Shown here: piece after piece, positions 11,507 through 25,100 of the stretch
Position numbering within the stretch: the stretch's first letter is position 1
Layout of the letters: each line of letters opens with the position of its first letter
Origin: Podarcis liolepis
Taxonomy: Eukaryota
Length of the DNA stretch: 64,000 nt
Strand: one strand, 5' to 3'
Assembly (NCBI GenBank): GCA_965112155.1
Contig: OZ218100.1
Program-made: the position numbers and the translations under genes
The notes under the pieces: generated by a model
Seen by the model: the letters and a program-made list of their open reading frames with translations, nothing else
Database searches by the model: none
What the model was told of the DNA's origin: nothing

Positions 11507-12624
11507 AGAAAGTTTAGGTTTGTAATATATAAAGGGGGCTTGGAAACTCTCCTCCACAAATCTCAGCAAAGACCGATATTATAGGACTTGATCCATTGCT
11601 GTTCTGAGGAGATCCTAGCAACTGAAGGGGCATAAACATTGCTTATTCCGCCTGTAATCAAGCTCATCTGTTTTGGCCACTGCATTCGGATCCAGTAAAA
11701 GAACTGTTGCTGTTGGCAACACAATTACGAACTGCTCTTAAAACAATGAAAATTTCCCCAGTGGCCTTGGTTTCATTTTTTAAATCTAAATGGACATGCT
11801 GAATGATCTCCCCACTGAGATCAAGTAAGCAGCAAATGCAGGGTGTTTGTGCCACCAATTGAAGATATACTTGATCACCTAGGTTCTACTAGGTCCTTAA
11901 TATAATTAACACTGGCCATTGTGATTATTTTGCTGTTTTTACTGCCGATTATTTTGTTGGATATTGTTAAGTTTTATTATTGAGTTCTGGTATTTCTTTT
12001 GGTAAATGAAAAGCAGTGTAGAAATGTTTTAATAAACGACTAAAATAAATAAATGTTGGTTTAATCTAGGAAATGTTTTAGCAAAAAATATTATCAGTGG
12101 TTTCAGATGTATCACAGTGAGCAGATTTCATTTTTCAGCTTTTAACAAATGTCCATCTATATGAATGGATTTCTCACCACTTTTTATGGGAACGAGGTGA
12201 AAACAAAGGTTCTCTGATAACTGATTAGTCAGATGGACACAATCCTCTTTAAGACAGGAGGGGGGAATAATTTTTTTTTTGGGGGGGGGATATGTGCTTT
12301 TCCTGTGTATGATCTCCAATTCAATCCCTGTCATCTTCAGTTTGAAAGAGACCTCAAGTTAGTTGGGTTAGGAAGAACTTATTTCGGAAGATTTGTAGAG
12401 CTTCTGTCAGTCGCTATAAATAGTACTAGGCTGGGTAGATCCATATTATGACTCTTGGGCTACAACACACTATTCAGCGAAGATCTGGTCAGGTAATCCC
12501 AAATTACTGCTTTACCCCTGAAAACCACAGCTCCAGCTGATTTCCCCGTGACACAGAAAACCATAGCTGTCAACGTTTCCCTTTTTTAAGGGGAAATTCC
12601 CTTATTCCGAATAGGATTCCTCGC

Positions 12625-12657
12625 AATGAATGAATGAATGAATGAATGAATGAATGA
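12625..12657. repeat. (AATG)n microsatellite
   Basis: Seen directly. Confidence 0.95.
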
Positions 12658-14514
12658 TAGAGATGATTCGGCTCAGTCTTAATGGCTCATTGTCACCTTA
12701 CATTTGCATTGCCCAGGCAGGCACATTCTGTGGCCCTGCGATAACTGAATTAACTCAAAAAGCTGTTGGGGTTGGGCGAAATCTGGCCAAATCTTTATTG
12801 ACTGCAGTGGAAAGCAGGGTTGGCATGGCAACAGGGCAAGGATCCAGCTCCTCATTCTACCAGCCAATGCTGAAATGCCAGTCTCCCTCCCGGGGAGTCA
12901 CCAGCGCTAATGCTGCCCAGTGCCATTTCCATCAAAGTATACACAGTTCAAGTATACACAGCTCCACTGTCACCTAATAAGCCATACTGCAAGTCACTGA
13001 GAAAAAAGGTGAAAAGAAAAAACCCAACCCAGGGGCCAATTTCCAGCCCTGTTAACCTCCGGCCAATTATCCCAGTGATGCTCTAACACTGAGATTGGGC
13101 AGATGAGAAACTTGCAAAGGGCAAAATGACCCTGAGCCCTCATGGTTGAGGTGCTTTAAGATCCTGCAGGTGAGAGCCCTGTACTGCTGAGCAAAGTTGC
13201 CCCATGCACAGGACGTGGCTGTATCAAGACTTAGCAATGAATCACCAGAAGATCCTGTACAAAATGTGTTAGAAAACAGCTTCTATCAAATTCAATGGAT
13301 CTTAATTCCAATCAGCACCCTGATCCTAAACAAATGTGCATGAAGCTCAAAGTGCCACTTCAAGGATTTTTGTTTTATCAGAACCTATTAAAATCCTTCC
13401 CCTTCCAGCACTCCTTTTAAAATATTAAATCCCAATATTTATATGCATTGGCCTAGAAATTATATTTATAAATGTTTTGTTGGTTGTTGTTTTTTAGTTA
13501 AACCATTTTCTGAGATGCATAAATGAAATAGTCAAAAATGCATAGGATCACTGTTGAGTGTGTTTGAAACAAATTTCCCCTTCAATTTTTTTAAAAAATT
13601 TAAAATGGAAAAGGTGTACTACTGATATAAATATACATTTTTTAAAATTACTCTTTCATTCTGTTATTAAAGGAAAAGATATTTCAATCGACAGTCAGTA
13701 CAATCTAACTGACCATTTATTTGATGAACCCTAGCCTTCAAACAGAATTAATTAGTATTTTAACCAGTTGGAACTACTACAAAAATGCTTCCTTGGGGAC
13801 ACATGTTTAAAATCACTACTTAGATCAGACCAGACACCATTGTGAGAAAAGTAAACCCACAGGAGTGTCATTGAAATCAATGAGATTTAAGTTATATATT
13901 CCAACCAGTTTTTGGTTTCATTGTGGGTAAGTGCACACACAGCTTTCTCTGTATCACACCCAAACGCTTTTAGCAGTTTGATTTATGGCTCTACTGCCAG
14001 GAAAAATACTTTGAGGATTAAGCTGTCCAGGTTTTCTTATGGTGCCAATTAGGATGTGCTAGCAATGAATGGTTTGTTCACTAGCACCTAAAACACAAGA
14101 GAGAGGCATAATTGAATCTCTAATGCAAAGGTAATTCATCTTACCACTACTGAACGGCCTTCACCTGTTGACAATTTTCACCACAAGTGAAAGATCAGCA
14201 TTAATATAGTTCAGATGAATGAAATGTAGCAAGGAAATTAGTTACACTGCAATTTTAATACATTTGATTACAGCACCATTTAATTTCAAGTGCAGTTAGG
14301 TTAGTGGTATATAGACCTGTTACTATATACTTGGCAGGAAGAGGAAGATTTTTCCTGGAAAGGTTTTCTCCTTTTACTTCCTTGTTTTTCAATATGGAAT
14401 TAATTTAGGGACACAGGTCAGGCCATTGGTTCAACCAACTTATCTCACTAATTCTAACAGATATAAGTATAACCAAGTCTATATCCAATCGATGATGATG
14501 ATGATGCAGGCATT

Positions 14515-14665
14515 ATATGCCCTCCAACATTTCTTCGATGAAAGTAGGGAGGTTCCATACCCTCCAATATTTCTCTGATGAAAATAGGGATGTCCTAAGG
14601 AAAAGCGGGACAGCTTCTGTAAATCTGGGACTGTCTCTGGAAAATAACGACACTTGGAGGTTCTG
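14515..14665. mobile_element. hAT-like MITE with duplicated left end
   Basis: CCCTCCAA.ATTTC....GATGAAA.TAGGGA occurs twice in tandem; opposite end TTGGAGGTTCTG. Confidence 0.55.
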
Positions 14666-17600
14666 ACATCATTAAACTATCCTGATAACCTTGTCCCAGA
14701 AAGCATCATGTTGTCCGGAGACCACTGTTCCCTAACTCTGAACCTGTATTGTGCAATTCTTGAAAAACAGTTATGCAAAAGTCACAAATACTCTTGTTCT
14801 GAACGTCTTCATAATTCCAAAAATAATTTTATTCGAAACAGCAGCTTATGTAGGAAGGCCGAGTACCTAATGTGGGCTATTACTAATTTGCTTGGATGCA
14901 GTCCAGAATCAACTCTTTCATTTATTGTTAGCAATTCTTTTGGGGCGTTGTTTCTTCCATGAATAATGCACACTATAAAGCTTTATGTTGCTTTACCTCT
15001 TATGTCTACTCGAAAATCATTTTAAATTTTTATTTTTTTAAAGTAAAATTTCTAGCTAAAAGTTAATATTGTTGCCTAATGTGGATAGGTCACTGAGATA
15101 TACGTACAAGAGATCACATTGAAGTGTCAAAAGAAAATTTTCAGCACCACATAAATTCACAAAACCAGATTCTAGGTTTATTTTTGTGTAGAGATAATTA
15201 AAACATTCTGCTGGTTATCTGCCTTGCTTTTGGCAAATCTTCCACATGTTTGCCTTGAACCACAATGTGTTTATTTTTTATCACTCATTCATTTATTAGA
15301 TTGGTACCCCATTGTTTCTCTAAGGATCTCAATATGGGACTTCTTCCATTTTATTTTCACTCCAGTACTGTGAAATAAGCTTTTTCAAGAGATAAGGATT
15401 TACCCATCCTCTTCCTATGCATTTTCTCTGTATCACTTTTTTCTTTATAATTGATAATAAAAAAATCTTACAATAAAATCTTAATACAATTTATTTTAAG
15501 GAGGGATGAAACCTTGCAAAAGATTGCCCAGGTCCTGCTTGCCAAGTCAGAAGTGTTGGAGCATTCTCACTAATAAAGCATCTGGTTGGCTTTCTTTCCA
15601 GTTTCTGACTCAGGACTGTTTAGTCATTGTTTTAGATATTTGTTCTTCTTCTCGTGAAAAGGCTTGTGTCATTTTGTCTTCTAAGAGTTGTGTGAAGTCA
15701 AAGAACTGAAATGGAAGCCAAGACACCAAAGCTACATATCCAGAGCAGGGATGATGAGTCAATGTTTAACTCTTGGAAATAATTCAGCTATTCATCTACA
15801 AAATGCTTTAATTTACTTTTTGCAAGTATCTCAATGATTCCTTCTTCCCCTACTGAAATGTTTGAGATCTTCAGAGGTAACACATCCAGTATGGGGACGA
15901 CGACGGGATGGACGCACACCCAATACAAGGGTAGCATACTGGAGTTTGCCTGGCAACAGACTGGATACTTCTCTTCCAAATACAAGTGTAATTAAACAAA
16001 GACTCTTCTTTTAATGTTTCTCAGCCCTGGTAAATTGTTTGCAACAATCACTACCAGCTGGCTCACTCAATTGATTAGTAAAATAATAATAAAAATCACC
16101 CAAATCATGCTATTTCTATTTCTTAGATCTCTATCAACCCAAAGGGACTTTCAAAACTAAAACTTTTTGAACTTTTGGGTGTAACAAAATACCCTGAGGA
16201 ATTATGGAGGTTCATAATTGCCCTTGTCTTGGAATTTTCCATGCAAGAAATGGGGAAGTTTTTTTTTTTTTGTGTACTGAAAAGTTTTCAGATGGACAGC
16301 AGGGGCTGATGCCACAAGCCTCAGCAGCTGCCCCTATTACTAAGCTGCATGGGCTGACCATTTCAGATGCTAAAGGGCACTGGGAGTAGCTCCTCCAGAA
16401 ACATGAGTCCTGAGCCTTTTATCCATCCCCCACTGTTGAAGGACATAGCTGTGTATCCCTCACCCAACCTGATGAATCAGGTGCAGTGTAGTATGCTATC
16501 CCAATGTCAGTGCTGAATTAAGATTCAACTACTAGTCCAGTCAGCTTTTTTATACATGGAAGGGGAAGAGAAGCTCTGGCTTGCCCTTTGCTTCAGGCAG
16601 AAAAATGTCTTGGTCCCCAGGCAGGTGGAGCTTGTGCCATCAGGCTCATCTGTATACCCTAGAACCAAACAGGGCAACAAATCATAGTTAAGAGGATTCC
16701 TAATATAGTACTTTCCAAAAACAATTTCTTTTCCCTTTTACTTTTCTTCTGGAATTGACACTGCTGTAGAACAGGAAGGGAGTAATAAAGTCTTAACTGG
16801 TATCTTAATAACAGCACAGCTTTGGGCACCAGAGATGTTTCAGTAATGTTTCTTCCCCCGCTCCTGCCCCAATGATCAAGGCTGCAGTCTTCAAGCCATT
16901 CATTTTAAGGTGCCATGTTCACTTCAGACAGGATTCCTCTAGAGTCCCATTTAGTGTACAGTAAGTGATTTGAGGATTGCAGTTAGAGTAAAAATAGGTC
17001 AACCTTCTAGATGAAGAAGGCTATAGACATCGAGGTTAAGAGGAATATACACAAACTGGAGGGGAGACAGAAAACTGTACACATTTCTCACTGTTAAGAG
17101 TATTTTCTAGATGGGGAAAAATGCCAGGAAACAAGAAAGAGCTGGAACAGAACTGTTGTACTTTCAGTTTTATAACTCATGACCTTCAAATATCAATTCA
17201 TTCACTCCACTGGGTCAACCCCAGTACATCTGGTAGTTATCTGCTATGTCATCAGTCCCTCAGCACATTCTTCCTTTGGTCTCAGTAGAACAGTTCTTCC
17301 CTCCTCTTGGCCCATTCCCTGTTTAAAATACTCATATATATTTTTTAATGAAATCTTTTTAATTCCAGAGAAAATTTCTCATCCGTGGTCCATCTATTTC
17401 AAGTCTGCTTTCCCCAAACTTCCATTTCTTCAGCTTTCAGTCCTGAGAGGAGTTCTGGTGAGATTATCATTGACAAAGGCACTGAATATGTGAGGCATCA
17501 TAGTTTAAAAAATAAATTACTGCTATCCATATCAAGACACAACCCCCCTTTTCCTAACTTGATTTGCCCCTCTGTGCTAATTAACATGTTCACTTGGGAA

Positions 17601-18329
17601 CGTCAGTGGACACATGAAGCTCCATGGTACCAGATTCTCCCCCTTTTCTCTTTAATGTCAGGAAATTCTTATATCCTGAATGAATGGTTGAACTACAGAG
17701 GAGGATTCTTCCTTGAACAAGCAGTGTTGGCTCCTTATATACAGACATCCAGTTCTCTGAAGAACTTTGGATCATGACCATTCTATGCAAATTATTATGA
17801 TGGGACTCAGAAGTACCGGTACATAACTGTGCGAGAGCCTCATGGACATTAGCACAGATTTTTTTCCAGATGTCAGTTTAAGCTTAGTTGACAGGTCTTG
17901 TCTACTGATAGGAGATGAACGGAAGTTTAATATAAATGTGCTTTACATGAAAAAGGGCCAAGGATACCTGAAAGGTTCCATTCTGTATTTGGGACCTAAG
18001 CCTTTTGGAAGAGAACAGCTTTTTAATGTGTACTCTGTGTTTGGGCAGACAATGTAGTTCCTTTTTCCTCTGCTAAACATGTTGTGGTTTTTATGTACAA
18101 CATTTAATTTCTTTGGGCTGGATTCAACTGCCTCTCACTAGTTGGAGTATACACCAGGCTTTCACCCATCTCCTCCTGCATATACCCCACCCCCAAATTT
18201 TGTATGGAGAGTGTTGGGAGAACCCTCTAGAACAGTGGGGGGGGGGAGGAGAGGGATTGTTCCACCTGGCTAGCTGAATAATTGCTGCAGCACTATGTTC
18301 AATTCCACAACTAGGGTTTACTTAGAGTA

Positions 18330-18692
18330 AGGTAAAGGTACCCCTGCCCGTACGGGCCAGTTGTGACCGACTCTAGGGTTGCGCACTCATCTCGCTCAAG
18401 AGGCTGGGAGCCGGCGCCGTCCGAAGACACTTTCGGGTCACGTGGCCAGCGTGACGAAGCTGCAACTGGTGAGCCAGCACCAGTGCCGCACACGGAAACG
18501 CCGTTTACCTTCCCGCTATAAAGCAGTACCTATTTATCTACTTGCACTTAGGGGTGCTTTTGAACTGCTAGGTGGGCAGGAGCTGGGACCGAATGACGGG
18601 AGCTCACCCCGTCGCGGGGATTCGAACCGCCGACCTTACGATCAGCAAGTCCTAGGCACTGAGGGTTTTACCCACAGCGCCACCCGCGTCCC
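18330..18692 (-). mobile_element. Sauria/Squam1 SINE, full length (variant X)
   Basis: 12-bp TSD TTACTTAGAGTA at 18318-18329 and 18693-18704; most CpGs retained. Confidence 0.92.
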
Positions 18693-20337
18693 TTACTTAG
18701 AGTATATCCACATAAATAGGCCAAGGTGAAAGCTGAATCATGTTTACTAATTTATATAGGTCTACTCTAAGTGAAATTTAGTTGCATACTACCCCAATAC
18801 ATAATAAAACTTGCAACCTTATCCTACTTTATACTCAAAATTAAGTCCCGTCGCTATAAATGGAATTTAGGTTGAAATCCTAGACATGTTTACCGGGAAG
18901 ATATCCCAGTGAACTGAGGACAATTGCACTGTTACAATTGCACTGTTACAAATTTGATTGCTAAGACTGCAATCCTAAATTTTCTGAGTTCATTGCCTAA
19001 ATCTAAGCATACTTGAAGAATACCAAGCACGTCAAGAGAAGGGAAATAAAATGTAGAGTAGAAAGTGTATTGCTTGCCGCATTTGTTTTTTTTTTTTAAA
19101 AAATGATTAAGTGGTCCCCTTGAAATGACTATGATGTGCCACCCCTTCCTGAGTAATTGTCCAGAGAAAAAGGTGGCTGCCCACCTTTCACATCACAGTG
19201 TACTGCTGCTTCCAGGAATTTTTTAGTCAAAAGTGTCCAATGAGTGTGGCAGGAATCACACTTTCCAAATGCTACAAACAAGTAAACATGGTTTTAAAAG
19301 ATGGGGAAAATGGCCGGGAACACCTTCAGACCACCTCTCCTTTTTCTTTAAGTCAGCTTGGAACAAACAATGCTTAGAAGGGTTTTGTAGACATGCAATC
19401 TAATCCATATGTCTATGTTCCAAGCATAATTCATTGGATACAGATGAGGGAAGTTCACTCCAAGTTGTGAAGTGAACCAAAAACCTCCCCCACCTCCAGT
19501 GGATGAAGGGCAGAAGCTGAGAAAGACCAGCTTGTTCAGGGCAATCGAGCAAGTTTAGGCAGAGGTGAAATTCAAGCTGATAGCTTCTTGATTTTTAGCT
19601 TAGTCTCTTAGCTGCTTTGCTACACCAACTCTTAGTGTTCCAGGTACATGCAGTTTCTTTGCAATCCTCCTATATAATCAGCATTAACCTTTGAAATAAC
19701 CTATATGTTCCGGTTCTAACCCCGCCAAGAAAACTGTGTGCATGATATCCCTGTACCCCGGGGGAAAAAAATCTGGAAAGAGTATGGTGTACGATTGATT
19801 CCCACATCACAGTTTATATTTATGATACAGAATTGATCCAATCTGATTCTGTTCCATATTATGTAAGATAATGCACAAGCTGTTTCTCATCCCTTTCCAA
19901 TAGCATTTTTAACATACAATTAAGTTCTAAGACAAATTTAATTACCAGTGACAAGAGTCTAGTGAAATACTGTCAGACCTACGAAACAGGTCTGCTGTTA
20001 CACTGCCAAGGCCAATTAGGTAGAGGACCTTTTCTCCCCTTACAATGCCCAGGGGAGGAAATGAATATTTAACTCTGTTTGACAACTTGCAGCAACCACC
20101 AAGAACATTTAAACAGTTGTGGCTCTGATCCACACTTTCTTGGAAGTAAGTTATACTGAAACCCATGGAGTTTATGTACAATATAAATGTTCTTGGGTAG
20201 GGGATAATTTTTTTCAACTGAAGTTCCAGTCAAAACCCGGCAGTTTTAAGCCAGTTTAATTTCAACAGGAGAGTTAACCATGTGCTTAATGCGGTCCAGT
20301 GAAATCCATGGGACTTAAAAATGCTTACCTTTGGCTT

Positions 20338-20554
20338 TGTTGTTGTTGTTTAGTCGTTTAGTCGTGTCCGACTCTTCATGACCCCATGGACCAGAGCACG
20401 CCAGGCACTCCTGTCTTCCACTGCCTCCCGCAGTCTGGTCAAACTCATGCTGGTAGCTTCGAGAACACTGTCCAATCATCTCGTCCTCTGTCATCCTCTT
20501 CTGCTTGTGCCCTCAATCTTTCTCAACATCAGGGTCTCTTCCAGGGAGTCTTCT
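20338..20554 (-). mobile_element. Bov-B (RTE) LINE 3' fragment
   Basis: Minus strand encodes a degraded ...LREAVEDRSAWRALVHGVMKSRTRLND followed by (CAA)n; 9-bp TSD CTTTGGCTT at 20329-20337 and 20555-20563. Confidence 0.88.
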
Positions 20555-21504
20555 CTTTGGCTTAGTCATGCCCTAAATTTGTTACTTAATGTGCATTGCT
20601 ATGTGCATTGTAGAGTAAGTCTGTTGGGAAAAGGACTAAAGCAAATTGTAGAGAGACATTTGTTTCATAAAGGTTCTATGGTCTCACAGTAGGGGAGTAG
20701 AGAAATATACAATGTAATGATGACATATTGCAAGAGAGTGCATTTTACATCCCAAAAGTATGGACTTAGCACTGGGGTACCATTTTTAGTGACAACCCCA
20801 CATAGATAGGATGCAAAGAATTTTCACCTGTTTCAGTTTTGGGATCAAGTTTAGTGTTTCAAGGGAGAAAAGATTTTCCTCTAAAACCTTTGGACAAGCA
20901 AATGCTAATCTTTCTTTAAAGGTGTTCACTGTCATAGTTTCTTCTATTTGCTACTGCTTCAGTACCATTTCCCCCTCCCCTGATTTGGCCTTCATTTTAC
21001 CCGCTAGACTAGAGCATTCCCAGACAAGTGTGGTGATGACATCACTAGGGCTTCATTCTTCTCTCCAGAGTATTCCAAGACAAGTACAGGTGATAACATT
21101 ACAGCACTAGATAGCCAGTGAGATCCAGCTAGATGCTGAGGGCAAACAAATGTGATTTAAAATGTGGGCAATGCTTCCTGGTCACATGGATTGGTCACAG
21201 ACATCACGGCAAACTATTCTGACATGAGAGCAATGTTTTCTGAACAGACAAATAGTTCCCCCTTTTCTGTAAACTGGAATGTGTCCTCCTTTAAGTGTGA
21301 TGATGCCTCTTGCTTGCCAACATGGAGAAATGTGCGCATTTGAATTTGTGTGTAGAACTGCCAGACACTGTATGACTGACTGGAATGTAGCCTATAGTCC
21401 AAAAGAAAGAGGCACATCCACATGTTAAAGTGTTTTAGGGCTATGATTTTATAATTTTTACTGAGAACTGCACGCCACCTTGTGACGGACTTTTGTGTTA
21501 AAAT

Positions 21505-21852
21505 AATTTAATAATAATAATTTATTATTTATGCCCCACCCATCTGGCTGGGTTTCCCCAGTCACTCCGGGTGGCTTCCAACAAAAGATTAAAAATACAT
21601 TAAAACACCATTCATTAAAAACTTCCCTAAACAGGGCTGCCTTCAGATGTCTTCTAAACGTCAGATGTTTATTTCTTTGACATCTGATGGGAGGGCGTTC
21701 CACAGGGAGGGTGCCACTACCGAGAAGGCCCTCTGCCTGGTTCCCTGTAACCTCACTTCTCGTAGTGAGGGAACCGCCAGAAGGCCCTCGGTGCTGGACC
21801 TCAGTGTCCAGGCTGAATGATGGGGGTGGAGATGCTCCTTCAGGTATACTGC
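21505..21852 (-). mobile_element. L2 LINE 3' fragment
   Basis: Minus strand gives the ORF2 end (...WNAL...TFRRHLKAALFREVF) and a (TTA)n tail; same family as 56515-56646. Confidence 0.8.
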
Positions 21853-21922
21853 TTAGAAATCTTAGAAATTAGAAATTTATATTTTAAATAAAATAATATG
21901 GTAAGTCTACATCTTTTAAGTA

Positions 21923-22139
21923 CAGTGGTACCTCGGGTTACATACTCTTCAGGTTACAGACTCCGCTAACCCATAAATAGTACCTCGGGTTAAGAACTTT
22001 GCTTCAGGATGAAAACAGAAAACGCACGACGGCGGCGTGGCAGGCCCCATTAGGTAAAGTGGTGCTTCAGGTTAAGAACAGTTTCAGGGTAAGAACAGAC
22101 CTCTGGAATGAATTAAGTACATAACCAGAGGTACCACTG
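21923..22139. mobile_element. Tc1/mariner (Tigger/pogo-like) MITE
   Basis: TIRs CAGTGGTACCTC and GAGGTACCACTG with TA on both sides; second copy at 61112-61338. Confidence 0.88.
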
Positions 22140-25100
22140 TACTCAAAACAATTTGAATACCTTGTATTAGCAATGGGTGAAGTTTAAAGATTTAAGGCTT
22201 GTTCTCACATCACTAGTAGATTTGGTTTGATGCTAAAGTGAGATTATAACGGAGGAATTTTTGTCTCAATGTTTCTTCTCTTACACTGAAATCCCATGCA
22301 TATCTATCCAGAAGGATATGTATTGCACTTACCTCTGAGTACATAGGCATAGGATTGTGCTGTTAGGCACTAAAGAAAAACTATGAGTCAAATTATCAGT
22401 CAAGAAACAAGTAAAGAAAAGTTAAGAATGAGACTGATTAATTAAAGGTCTAATTCTATTCTCTTTTGTGTCATGAGGTTGTCTCCAATTATGTTTGACT
22501 TAGTATAGACTTATTAAAGTTAAATGAAATTAAGTTAGATGTGTATGTTAATTTCAGCTGGTCTACTCTAAGAAGGAATGGAGGAGAAATCATTTTTTAG
22601 CTCATGCTTAAAGATGAAACTGCCAAATCTGCACTTTTTGAAACACACAAGCCAAAATGTAGCCATTCAGAGAAATTCACACTTCTCTGAATTTTGCAGT
22701 CCAGTTCTCCAACCAAGTAATGTGTGCACTAAATGCATGTACTAGGTTAAAGGGTACTGAATAAAAGTGGCTAGTATGCTAAGTATGGTTAGCATTGGAT
22801 GTGACCTGTGCTTTTTAGATTTTAAGTGTCAGGGCAGGGAAAGTCTTATTATTGGTATTTGTAAGTCACTCTGAGATCTGTATTTCAGCTGAATAGTGAG
22901 ATGAACATTGTTTACATAGATAAGTAAATGCTTCTAAGGATGTGTCTGTACCAGTTGGTCAAAGAAGGAGACAGGATTTGACCTGAGTCAAGGATCACAC
23001 CAGAAACATCCATATAAAGGTATCCAATTAAAAAATAAACCAGAGGAGCCACCATCACCCACATATTAATTAGAATGAGTAAGTCTTCCAGCATAAAGGA
23101 AACTTGAATGTTTTTCTCAAAATTAGCCACTGGAACTATACATGAATAACAGTATCAAATGAAAATGAACAGTGTATCCTCAACTCCAATAATCCTATAG
23201 AATGGCCAGTGCCTTTTCTCATTATGTATAGGCCTAATAAAAGAGTGCAGAATCATGCACTGGATGCATTAGACTTGTTCAAGAAGTTGTATTTTAAGAA
23301 ATGTTGCTTTAAGGTCAAAACAGGAAGTGTTACTATACATCTGAGATATTGGCACTAGCAAAATGTTACCTATAATTGGGTCTTGTGAGGATTATACACC
23401 TGATGCTTAAATAACACTTCAGCAATATAAAGTGGAGCAACACATACGAAATATGCGGAAGGGAATATATATTCTCGCTTTGCACTTGTACCTGGGCCAA
23501 CTTGTGTGTTTCAAAAATATGCTCAGAATTGTCTCAGAACAGATAAGTTAGAAGTCTGACTGAAGCCAAGATAAAAGAACCAAATCATAAGATTAATGTC
23601 TTCTCTTTACAATTAACAGTACTGACGCTGTGTGGTACAATAATTCTGAAGATGTCACATGACCAGCTACTAATTAGGACAATGAATCCTGCCACTAGGC
23701 TACTAGAAGAAGGTGCCAGAAACTTTTCAGCATAAAAACCTCTGGGTTTCTGATTCCAGAAGTCAGATAAGTCTCAAACATAGACAAAATTACATTGGCT
23801 GATTTCAGTAGCACACAACGGGAGACTTTTGTGACCTGATGAACCGTACAAAGCCCACCTTTCATATAATAAAGCTCCTATTCCTGCTGTCTCCTGGGGC
23901 TACAAAAACAGGGGTTGAAAAACACCTGGCAGGTGCCCATGTTTGCTTGGTAGGCTGAGTTTGGCTTGGGTCACAAATGACCTGGCTATATAAATAAGGG
24001 GCTATTCAGCTATTTGTAGATCTGAAGTCTTGCAGATCTGCCTTAGTAAGCTGTTTCTGAATGGCTTATAGCCACAGAAAGTGTTGGGAAGTATCTGCCT
24101 CCAGAGAAACTGCCTCTCTTTTTTTTCTTGATGTCCCTCTTTGTTTCCTCAGCAGTGAAATAAACAGCTTATTCCATGGTTTAGACCCATCTGATCTTTG
24201 ACATTGTGTCATACTGTACATGGCAAATGAATTTTTCAAGTTCTTGGGACAATAAATCCAATAATTCATTCACAGCTCTGACACTTGCTCTGTCTTCACA
24301 GCTCTGACACTTGCTCTGTCACCCAAACTTAGGGACTTGGCTATGCCAAATTCTTTTGCATGATTTATGGAATTATTTTGCTGGGACTGGAAGGTCATAG
24401 GTCCCTTGAATTAACTGATTGGATGACACTGGAACTTTATAGCTGTCTTTGTCATCCTTCGGTCTCTTTGCCTTATGGTCATTTATCCTTTTATTCCCTT
24501 CAGTCTCTGAGCTTTTTTTGCAGAGCAGTTGTCACATCTTAATTTTTATACAGGAGTGAGTACAATGAAGTATTGAAAAACGGCACAAGTGAAATTCTTG
24601 CCTATGAAACATTCCCAAATATGCAGGAATTTACACTATATGCAATTATAATATAAGACTAATATGTTGTTAGGACTACTTATGTTTTCATTTGTTTTGT
24701 AAGTGCAGCTTTTGATTATGTGCATAATGCTGTAGATAAAAGTAAAAACATCATGATCTACTCAGTTCTAAATAACGATGCACGTGTGTAAAAATGAAGG
24801 TGACAAAGGCTGCATACTTAGGAAGAGCTCCCTCTGTTTCATGAACTGGGCTGTGTCCATTAACATAAAGGCTTTATTTTGTGGACAGCCATTTTGATAC
24901 AGTGCATAAAGTTCTTTTCTTGGACATACAAAAATACTAGTTCAAATCCTTATCCTGCCTCGAGGCTTCAGGGAAGTGTTGTGGTGAGTATAAAGTCTTC
25001 TAAGCCCCATAGGGGAAGAGTGAATACAAATGTAACACCTAGTTATGAGAAGAAATACATTATTTAAATCAAGGATAGATGATCAGCAGGATCAGGATGG

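Noticed and set aside
11664-11858. GEIIQHVHLDLKN...TGEIFIVL resembling the end of a C2 domain
   Set aside because: Short, low-information similarity with no supporting exons.
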